NCBI GenBank assembly: GCA_965197285.1
Contig: OZ240092.1
Span: forward strand, 5,570,345 to 5,634,344
DNA from: Acidobacteriota bacterium
Lineage (GTDB): Bacteria; Acidobacteriota; UBA6911; RPQK01; CBDAPI01
Direction: 5' to 3'
Length of the DNA stretch: 64,000 nucleotides
Below the pieces are notes generated by a model. It made no database searches. It was given only the letters and a program-made list of their open reading frames with translations, and was not told the DNA's origin. Shown here one piece after another: positions 40,592 to 48,176 of this stretch (the first letter of the stretch is position 1; every line of letters begins with the position of its first letter). Position numbers and translations under genes: made by a program.

Positions 40592-41038
40592 TTACCTCCC
40601 CTGATGCATTTCACGGTCTACCAGAAGCCCGATTCGTTCCACCCCGGCCTCACGCGCCTTGTTCACAAGGCTGACAATCATCCCGTAGGGGGCAGCTACA
40701 TCACTCTTTACGAAGAGAGGCTTCTCGGGGGCCAACGCCGCTCTCATCTCCAGTTCATCGAGGAGATCCTCGGGTGCAACCGGTACGTCATTGATATAGA
40801 TTTCCTGACTCCGGGTGACGGTCACCGTAGTGGCTTCTTTGCCCTCTACTTCGGGGGCCTCCTGCGCATTTCGGGCCTTGGGCTTGTTGACGGCGATCCC
40901 CTCCTGGAGCAAGGGCGTGGTGATCATGAAAATGATCAGCAGTACCAGCATGATGTCCGCCATCGGCGTGACATTGATGTCCGAGGTGACTTCGCTGCTG
41001 GCGGGGCCGCCGCCGCCGCCGCTACTACTCATGGCCAT
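40592..41038 (-). CDS. exbD: ExbD/TolR biopolymer transport protein (second paralog)
   Basis: DINVTPMADIMLVLLIIFMI; LFVKSD...YG. Confidence 0.92.
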   Translation of the reverse strand: MAMSSSGGGGGPASSEVTSDINVTPMADIMLVLLIIFMITTPLLQEGIAVNKPKARNAQEAPEVEGKEATTVTVTRSQEIYINDVPVAPEDLLDELEMRAALAPEKPLFVKSDVAAPYGMIVSLVNKAREAGVERIGLLVDREMHQGR

Positions 41039-41705
41039 CTTTGGCAGCCCTCCTCTTCAGGAAATAGTCGATCAACTCGGAGGCCGAGTTGTCCATCTCC
41101 ACCACAAAAGATTCGATCTTGGCCGTGAAGTAGTTGTACATCCATACGGCCGGAACCGCCACGAAAAGACCAAAGGCGGTGGCCACGAGGGCCTCGGAGA
41201 TCCCCCCGGCGACAGCTGCCAGCCCCATACCTTCCGCTCTGCTCATTCCGGTAAACGCGTTGATGATTCCCACGGTAGTGCCAAACAGCCCTACGAAGGG
41301 AGCCGTCGAGCCAATCGTTGCCAGCCCTCCAAGACCCCGCTTGAATTCTTCAATACCGAGCGCCGTAGCTCGCTGCAAGGCGCGCCTGGAGGCGTCGATC
41401 GTCTGGCCGGGGATGGACGGACCGCCACCCTCCTGGGCCTGAAATTCCTGTAATCCCGCATGCACAACCTTGGCCAGATGGCTCTTGTTGTACTGCTCAG
41501 CAATCTCCAGAGCCTCCCGCAGGTTACCCCTTCCCAGCGCCTCGGCTACTGCGGGAGCAAACAGTCGCGACTGATTCCGAGCTGCCCGGTAGGTGAGGTA
41601 TCTCTCAACCATCACCCCGATGGACCAGACGGACATGACGCCCAGCAAGACCACAACGGCCTGGGCAACCAAGCCCATCTGATTCCACATATCCACTAAA
41701 TCCAT
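41025..41705 (-). CDS. exbB: MotA/TolQ/ExbB proton channel protein
   Basis: LATIGSTAPFVGLFGTTVGII; GGISEALVATAFGLFVAVPA. Confidence 0.93.
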   Translation of the reverse strand: MDLVDMWNQMGLVAQAVVVLLGVMSVWSIGVMVERYLTYRAARNQSRLFAPAVAEALGRGNLREALEIAEQYNKSHLAKVVHAGLQEFQAQEGGGPSIPGQTIDASRRALQRATALGIEEFKRGLGGLATIGSTAPFVGLFGTTVGIINAFTGMSRAEGMGLAAVAGGISEALVATAFGLFVAVPAVWMYNYFTAKIESFVVEMDNSASELIDYFLKRRAAKDGHE

Positions 41706-41787
41706 GTCTTAAACCTCCGTTACAGCCTCATGAAATCTTGATCGGTTGTTATCGTGTCTTCGTGAAATGAGTATTGAATCGAAATAC

Positions 41788-42549
41788 TTACCTGAGGACG
41801 AAATTCACCGTCACCGTCGCGATGACCCGCACCGGTTCCCCGTTCAGCAGAGTGGGTGAGTATCGCCACCTTCCGACCGCGTCAATGGCGGATTGATTCA
41901 ACAGCGGGTGCCCGCGGATGAGTTTGATCTCTCCCACCGTTCCCTGCTCATCGACGGTCACCTGAAGCAGGACGATACCCGACACACGAGCCCTCTTGGC
42001 AAGCTCCGGGTAGATGGGGTCTATCTTCTGTATAAGCTTGGAGTTCTGCACGTTGCCACCGACTCGGATGGCTGCCTTCGCCTTCGGCGGCGGCGGCGGG
42101 GGCGGCGGAGCTCCGAGACCTCCCCCGAGTACCCCTCCTGCTACACCTCCGGGCACTCCTCCGACGACTCCACCCGGGACTCCACCCGGCACTCCCTGGC
42201 TGGACAGGTCCAGGTTGGACATCACAGGGATATCGTCTACGGGCGGTGGGATTTCCTTGGGTACCTCGGTGGGAGCCGTGAATTTGTTTGGATCCAACCT
42301 GACCACCTGCACCTTCTGGACGGGGCGCGGCGCGGCGGGCGGTGGCGGCGGTGGCGGTGGCGGCGGCGGTGGCGGCGGCGGTGCAGCCAGGAAGGTCAGA
42401 AGTTCATGATCGGGAAGAGCTTGATAATAAATCAGGGGGATCAGAACAATGACCGCCAGCACAATGGCATGCACAACCAGCGAGACGAAAAAAGTCCCGT
42501 GCTTTCTGCCTTCTTTGCCGTACGAAGATTCGATCAGGTCGTCAAACAT
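41788..42549 (-). CDS. tonB: TonB-family energy transducer
   Basis: N-terminal TM helix; poly-Pro tracts; (GGVP/GGVV)n linker; C-terminal YPELAKRARVSG.V...WRYSPTLLNG. Confidence 0.92.
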   Translation of the reverse strand: MFDDLIESSYGKEGRKHGTFFVSLVVHAIVLAVIVLIPLIYYQALPDHELLTFLAAPPPPPPPPPPPPPPPAAPRPVQKVQVVRLDPNKFTAPTEVPKEIPPPVDDIPVMSNLDLSSQGVPGGVPGGVVGGVPGGVAGGVLGGGLGAPPPPPPPPKAKAAIRVGGNVQNSKLIQKIDPIYPELAKRARVSGIVLLQVTVDEQGTVGEIKLIRGHPLLNQSAIDAVGRWRYSPTLLNGEPVRVIATVTVNFVLR

Positions 42550-42629
42550 CCGGCTGCCTTTCTTTTTTGATTGACTCGTCCCGGACGTGAAGTTCTCGTG
42601 AAGCGAACTCCTCTTTGCACAGGGCGGTG

Positions 42630-42658
42630 ATGTTACTACCCGCCTCCGGACGAGTCAA
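42630..42658 (-). promoter_or_regulatory. Sigma70 promoter of the tonB operon
   Basis: TTGACT (42658-42653), 17-nt spacer, TAACAT (42635-42630). Confidence 0.7.
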
Positions 42659-42719
42659 GCCTCCATTGGGACGCACCTCCTTGATCAAAATGTGCGTCAA
42701 CAAACCATTTTCACATCCT

Positions 42720-43928
42720 TCATGAGGGCCGTGCCTGCCTTCTCTCGCTCAGGAGTTGCCACCAGTACACAATGGGGCTGGCGATAGCTACCGAAGAATA
42801 GGTCCCGACGAGAACCCCGATGACCAGGGCGAAAGAAAAGCCGTTCAGAACCTGCCCGCCCTTCAGATAGAGGGCCATGACCGCCAGGAACGTCATCCCC
42901 GAAGTGAGAATCGTACGGTTCAGAGTTTGATTGATGCTGGCATTGATGACGGATCCGAAATCGGTGCGCCGCATCAGCCTCAGGTTCTCCCGGATACGGT
43001 CGAATACGACGATCGTGTCGTTAATCGAATACCCCACGAGCGTGAGAAGGGCGGCAACCACGGTGAGCGAAATCTCTTTGCTGAAGAGCGAGAAAAACCC
43101 CAGAGTGATAAAGACGTCGTGGAACAGAGCGACGATGGCCGCCAGGCCGTAAGCGACTCCCTTGAAGCGAACCCAGATGTAGGCCACGATTCCGAGCAGC
43201 GAGAAGAGGACGGCGTTCTGGGCCTTTACACGGAGTTCCTGACCCACCTTGGGGCCCACGCTCTCGACGCTCAGGATATTGAAGCTCCCCAGGTAGAACT
43301 CGTCTCTCAGGGTCTGAGTGATGTTTTCAGGAAGCTGCATCTCGTCGAACTGGGACTCGCTCTCGAGGATACCTCCGTGGCTGGTACGGTAGTCAACCAC
43401 CGCGCGGGCCAGCTGTTCGGGGTCAGGTTGACCCTCCTCCACGGGCTCGGCAATCAGACTCTCCGCCACCTCCTTGCGACAGTCTTCACCCTGCAGGACG
43501 TTGGCGAAGCACCTCGTCAGTACGAACGCGGTGGTGTTGTTCAAATCCAGTCGGTCTTCGGAAAAGTCGCTGTCAAACGCCTGTTTCAGAGCCCGAAAGA
43601 CCCGTCGACTGTCCTCGTTCAAATCCATCTCCGCTTCGTCGGTGATACGGGAGAGCCGGATCTGCAGCTGATTCTTGGAGGGTTCATCAAAGCGGGTCAC
43701 TCCCTCGGCATTGAGCCCGTCAGCCGACAGGATGCCGCGCACCAGTTCGATGTCGGGCGCTTCTTTGAACTTTACGTAAACCAGGGTGCCGCCCGTGAAA
43801 TCAATCCCCAGATTGAGTCCTCGTCCAGCCAGCGAGGAGGCTCCTGCTGCCCCCAGGACCACGGACAGTGCGATAAAGATCCACTTGAATCTCAGCCATT
43901 CGATCTTCGGGTTCTTGACAATATCCAT
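42720..43928 (-). CDS. secF: Protein translocase subunit SecF
   Basis: LGIDFTGGT; SVGPKVGQEL; LTLVGYSINDTIVVFDRIRE; SINQTLNRTILTS. Confidence 0.96.
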   Translation of the reverse strand: MDIVKNPKIEWLRFKWIFIALSVVLGAAGASSLAGRGLNLGIDFTGGTLVYVKFKEAPDIELVRGILSADGLNAEGVTRFDEPSKNQLQIRLSRITDEAEMDLNEDSRRVFRALKQAFDSDFSEDRLDLNNTTAFVLTRCFANVLQGEDCRKEVAESLIAEPVEEGQPDPEQLARAVVDYRTSHGGILESESQFDEMQLPENITQTLRDEFYLGSFNILSVESVGPKVGQELRVKAQNAVLFSLLGIVAYIWVRFKGVAYGLAAIVALFHDVFITLGFFSLFSKEISLTVVAALLTLVGYSINDTIVVFDRIRENLRLMRRTDFGSVINASINQTLNRTILTSGMTFLAVMALYLKGGQVLNGFSFALVIGVLVGTYSSVAIASPIVYWWQLLSERRQARPS

Positions 43929-43999
43929 CTCAGGCCAGTGTCTCCAGAGTATAGTTGCCCCAGCCGCTTGTTTGTTCCCGATACAATACCAAGTAAGTA

Positions 44000-45580
44000 C
44001 TAAATGGAAAGGCGGGCCACTCCCCGACCCTGCAGGAAAAGGTTGAAAATAGTACGCGAGACGAAAGTGGCCGTAAAAATATTGGCCATCAGTCCGATGG
44101 CCAGGGTGATCGCGAACCCCTTCACCGGTCCGGTTCCAAACTGGTAGAGAAAGACGGCCGCCACCAGCGTCGTGATGTTGGTATCGATGATGGTGGAGAA
44201 CACACGGCCAAAACCTGAGTCGACCGCGCTCTTGACCGTCTTGCCGGAACGCAGCTCCTCCTTGATCCGCTCGAAGATCAGAATATTGGCGTCCACGGCC
44301 ATTCCAATGGTCAGAATGACCCCGGCAATTCCGGGAAGGGTGAGGGTTGCACCCAGGTAAGCCAGTGCGCCGCCCAGAAAGAAGAGGTTGATCACCAGGC
44401 AGAGGACGGCGTTCAGTCCCGAGATTCTGTACACGGCGAGCATCGCCACCACGACCAGGGCAAGGCCCATCATCGACGCATTGGTTCCGCTGGCGATGGA
44501 GTCGGCTCCCAGCGACGGGCCGATCTGACGACTTTCCAGAAAGCTTATGCTGGCCGGCAATGCCCCGGAGCGCAGTACCAGGGCCAGGTCATCAGCCTGC
44601 TGCCGGGTGAAGTTTCCGGTGATCCGTGCCGATTCCTGCCGGATCGGCCCCTCGATCTGGGGAGCCGATCGAATGATGTCATCCAGTACGATAGCCAGGT
44701 ACCCTTGCACATTCTGGGAAGTCACCTCGCTGAAGAGCTGGACCCCTTCGCCGTTGAGAAAAAAGGCGACTTCCGGCGTGCCCGTGTAAGGATCTTCCGA
44801 CCGCTGTGCGTTCTTGAGGTGACGACCCGTTATGGCGGCGGCTTTCTTGACCACCATGTAGGCCTCGGGAACGCTCCCGTCGGGTGCCACCCGATCCCGG
44901 TCTTCCATCTTGTGCAGCTCATAGTCTTCGGGGATTTTCCCACCCAAGGCCTGGGCAGCCAGAGCCGGCGAGGCGAATGTCTGGGGATGCTCGGGGTGGA
45001 CGAGCTTCAGCTCCAGATTCGCCGTTTCACCGATGAGGCGCTTGACCCGATCGAAGTCCTCGACCCCCGGAAGCTCAATAACAATCTGGTCCTTCACTTC
45101 GCCGCTGCCGTACACGGCAATGGTGGGGTCCACGACGCCGTACTGATCGATCCTTTTCTGGATGATCTCCCGAGCCTGGCGAACTGTCAGTTCCAGGAGC
45201 GCCTTGCGGGCCGAAGCCAGCATCGAAAGGCGAAAGCCCTCCTCGCCCGATCCGCTCAGGCTCCAATTGAGTGTGTTTCTCAGCTCGTCTCTGGCGGCGT
45301 CGAACTGGGGAGCGGGGACTCCGGTGACCACGATCTCCAGATCTTCTACGACCGAAACCTGATCGAAGGCAACTTCTTTGTCGGTCAGATTGCTGGCGAT
45401 GCGCTCTCTGACCTGTTCGACTTCGGCCCCCATGGCCTCACTGGTCTGGACCTGGACAATCAGGTGAATACCTCCCTGCAGGTCCAGTCCCAGATTGATA
45501 CCTTTCCATTTCCAGACGAAGCCGCTCCCGGCCACCAGCAGAATGATCAGCAGGAGTCGGTATTGTGTGGTCCTGTTCAT
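44000..45580 (-). CDS. secD: Protein translocase subunit SecD
   Basis: LGLDLQGG; AIVLD; LALVLRSGALP; LTLPGIAGVILTIGMAVDANILIFERIKEE; DTNITT. Start ATG 45580. Confidence 0.96.
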   Translation of the reverse strand: MNRTTQYRLLLIILLVAGSGFVWKWKGINLGLDLQGGIHLIVQVQTSEAMGAEVEQVRERIASNLTDKEVAFDQVSVVEDLEIVVTGVPAPQFDAARDELRNTLNWSLSGSGEEGFRLSMLASARKALLELTVRQAREIIQKRIDQYGVVDPTIAVYGSGEVKDQIVIELPGVEDFDRVKRLIGETANLELKLVHPEHPQTFASPALAAQALGGKIPEDYELHKMEDRDRVAPDGSVPEAYMVVKKAAAITGRHLKNAQRSEDPYTGTPEVAFFLNGEGVQLFSEVTSQNVQGYLAIVLDDIIRSAPQIEGPIRQESARITGNFTRQQADDLALVLRSGALPASISFLESRQIGPSLGADSIASGTNASMMGLALVVVAMLAVYRISGLNAVLCLVINLFFLGGALAYLGATLTLPGIAGVILTIGMAVDANILIFERIKEELRSGKTVKSAVDSGFGRVFSTIIDTNITTLVAAVFLYQFGTGPVKGFAITLAIGLMANIFTATFVSRTIFNLFLQGRGVARLSI

Positions 45581-45605
45581 CTTATGAGTTCGCTCGCGGC
45601 GGAAT

Positions 45606-45926
45606 TCACCTGGCCTTGGTCTGATCAGGCTGGCTCTGCAGTGAGGCAATTGCGCTTCGGGATACCTTGATCTTTACCTGATCTGCGATTTTGAGCATGA
45701 CAACGTGGTCTTTGACATCCACTACCGTCCCGTACACGCCACCGGTGGTAATGACTCGATCCCCTTTCTCCAGCGCGGCAATCATCGCCTCCAAACCCTT
45801 CTGGCGCTGCCGGATGGGGCGATACATGATGAAGTAGAAGATCAGGATGATCAGGACAATCGGAAACAGGCTGACCAGTGAGCCTGCCCCTGAACCAGCG
45901 CCCTGGGCTAAGAAGAACCCGTCCAT
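45606..45926 (-). CDS. yajC: Preprotein translocase subunit YajC
   Basis: FYFIMYRP...LEKGDRVITTGGVYGTV; lies between tgt and secD. Confidence 0.95.
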   Translation of the reverse strand: MDGFFLAQGAGSGAGSLVSLFPIVLIILIFYFIMYRPIRQRQKGLEAMIAALEKGDRVITTGGVYGTVVDVKDHVVMLKIADQVKIKVSRSAIASLQSQPDQTKAR

Positions 45927-45977
45927 ATTCAGAGAAGTCCTCCAACGAAAGAGACAGAGTACAGCAGAGAGCAGAGT

Positions 45978-47087
45978 TCAGCAACCGGAGGAATATCGAT
46001 CTCTGAATTCCCCGGCAAACGACTCAAGGGTCCCCAACTCAATGGCTCGCCTGATGCTACGCATCATTTGCAGATAGAACTGCAGGTTGTGAAAGGTGTT
46101 CAGCATGCTGCTCAGAATCTCCCCGGAAACAAACAGATGGCGTAGATAAGCTCGTGAGTAACGTGCGCACACGAAGCACTCACAGTCGGCGTCAACCGGC
46201 CGCTCGTCATTCCGGTATCGGGAGTTCTTGATTCGTAGCTGGCCACGTCCGGTGAAAAGCATCCCGTTACGGGCGTTCCGGGTCGGCAGCACACAGTCGA
46301 AGATGTCCATCCCCAGTTCGACTGCCTGGAGCAGATCCAGAGGTGTTCCGACTCCCATCAGATGACGAGGCTGGTGGGGCGGCAGCTCATCCGAGAGCCG
46401 GTCCAGGATCTCGAACATCTGCTGTCTTGGTTCACCGACACTGAAGCCGCCCAGAGCGAGTCCCGCAAACCCGATCTCGTTGAGCCGGCTCAGGCTTTCC
46501 CGTCGCAGCTGGGTATAGACACCGCCCTGCACGATTCCAAACAAAGCCTGGCGCTCGTCGGCGTGGGCACAGCGGGAGCGGTGTGCCCACCGCATCGATC
46601 TGAGCATCGATGCGCGAGCTTCAGCCCTCGTCACCGGGTAGGGAGTGCACTCGTCGAAAGCCATGATGATGTCGGCACCCAGCTGTTGTTGGATATCAAC
46701 GGAGCGTTCCGGCGTAATGAAGTGGCTACTCCCGTCCAGATAGGATCGAAACTTGACTCCCTCTTCTGAAATGCTCGTCAACTCGCGGTGGCTGAAGACC
46801 TGATAGCCGCCGCTGTCGGTTAATATCGCCCGCTCCCAGCTCATGAAACCATGCAGGCCGCCGCTCTTGGCGATCAGGTCCGAGCCGGGCCGCAGATAGA
46901 GATGATAGGTGTTGGAAAGCACGATCTCGGCCCCTAACTCGCGCAGCCATTCCTGGGTCATTGCCTTGACCGTGGCAGCCGTGCCGACCGGGATGAACAC
47001 GGGAGTCCGGACCCGTCCGTGGCCGGTCTCCAGCACCCCGGCACGGGCCCGGCCGCACTGATGGTGCACGCTGAACCGAAGACCCAT
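45978..47087 (-). CDS. tgt: tRNA-guanine transglycosylase
   Basis: TPVFIPVGT; TDSGGYQVFS; FDEC; GIVQGG; FDCVLPTRNARNG; CxCxxC...H zinc site. Confidence 0.97.
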   Translation of the reverse strand: MGLRFSVHHQCGRARAGVLETGHGRVRTPVFIPVGTAATVKAMTQEWLRELGAEIVLSNTYHLYLRPGSDLIAKSGGLHGFMSWERAILTDSGGYQVFSHRELTSISEEGVKFRSYLDGSSHFITPERSVDIQQQLGADIIMAFDECTPYPVTRAEARASMLRSMRWAHRSRCAHADERQALFGIVQGGVYTQLRRESLSRLNEIGFAGLALGGFSVGEPRQQMFEILDRLSDELPPHQPRHLMGVGTPLDLLQAVELGMDIFDCVLPTRNARNGMLFTGRGQLRIKNSRYRNDERPVDADCECFVCARYSRAYLRHLFVSGEILSSMLNTFHNLQFYLQMMRSIRRAIELGTLESFAGEFRDRYSSGC

Positions 47088-47110
47088 AAAGGAATGTGGA
47101 CAGACAGGTA

Positions 47111-48082
47111 CTACACGGGCAGCTCGAAAAGACTGTTGTTGTTTGCCAGGAAGAGCTTTGAATGGTCCGAACTGTAGGCGAGTCCAACCATCATGGGAGC
47201 TGCTATGGTGTGCTCCAGACCTCCATTGGAGAGAGTGAAAACTCCCTTTGTTCCCCGGTAGGAGGCTGCGATCTGGAGTTGGCCATTAGGACCGAACGCC
47301 ATACCCTGAGGTCGCCCCAGCCCCCGAAAAACAATATGCGGTTCACCGTTGTGATCGATCTTGTAGATGCAGTCCTGGGTGGAGAGAGTGGGGCCTGATA
47401 CATAGAGCTGATTGTCCGCGGACATTGCAAAGTGGTAGGCCGAGATGCTCGGCTCCAGTTCCGAAAAAACCGAAACACTCCGGTCTTGTGCCACTTTGTA
47501 AACCACACCCCCGCGGTCACCGACGAACAGATTTCCTGCGGAATCAAAGGCCAATCCGGTCGCCAGACCCAGGCCGTCGGCGTACTTCTCAACCCGCTTA
47601 TCCAGGGTGGATCGGTAGGCAATGCCCGTGTTTCGACTCGTAATGTACAGGCATTGATCGGGCCCAATGGCCAGTCCGGTGGGATTCATAATCTCGGCAA
47701 GGAAAGGCTCCTTGGTTCCATCGCTGGCGATCACGAACACGCTGAAGGGCACCTTTTCGCCTCGTGTTCCGCTGAACGTGACGTAAATCCTCCCGGCGCT
47801 GTCAACCACGGGGTTCCCGACCGCATGCAGGTCGGTTACCAGAAGATGACCCACCGTGATCTCGGCCACGTCGTGTTCCTCTCCCGAAACTACCTCGACC
47901 CGTCCTCCCAAAGGACTCTCTGGGACCCTGACGGTCAACCGGGAGGGAGAGGCCGCCACGGGAGTGGCCGGCTCCCCCCCGATGGAGATCTCGCCCTCGG
48001 CGGGATTCGTCAACCCCTCCACTTCAATCCGGATAACCCCCCCGGGTAGAGCCAGTTTCGGCTTTACCGACGTGATGCGCAT
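47111..48082 (-). CDS. IPT/TIG domain plus NHL/SMP-30-like beta-propeller protein
   Basis: N-terminal RITSVKPKLALPGGVIRIE (IPT-like); repeated PTGLAIGPD, ATGLAFDSAGNLFV and PQGMAFGPNG blades. Confidence 0.7.
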   Translation of the reverse strand: MRITSVKPKLALPGGVIRIEVEGLTNPAEGEISIGGEPATPVAASPSRLTVRVPESPLGGRVEVVSGEEHDVAEITVGHLLVTDLHAVGNPVVDSAGRIYVTFSGTRGEKVPFSVFVIASDGTKEPFLAEIMNPTGLAIGPDQCLYITSRNTGIAYRSTLDKRVEKYADGLGLATGLAFDSAGNLFVGDRGGVVYKVAQDRSVSVFSELEPSISAYHFAMSADNQLYVSGPTLSTQDCIYKIDHNGEPHIVFRGLGRPQGMAFGPNGQLQIAASYRGTKGVFTLSNGGLEHTIAAPMMVGLAYSSDHSKLFLANNNSLFELPV

Positions 48083-48153
48083 GGGCTCCAACTATAACAT
48101 GTGGTCATTTGACATTGGGACCGGTCATGCTCGACGCGCTTCGCCCCCCGCCA

Positions 48154-48162
48154 TGCTAGACT
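48154..48162 (+). promoter_or_regulatory. Extended -10 promoter element upstream of uvrA
   Basis: TGCTAGACT, 14 nt before ATG 48177. Confidence 0.5.
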
Positions 48163-48176
48163 GATCCTTTTGGTTT

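Noticed and set aside
42082-42383. (GGC)n/(GGT) runs and 12-bp repeats in tonB as contingency loci
   Set aside because: They are in-frame codons for the poly-Pro and GGVP linkers typical of TonB proteins.
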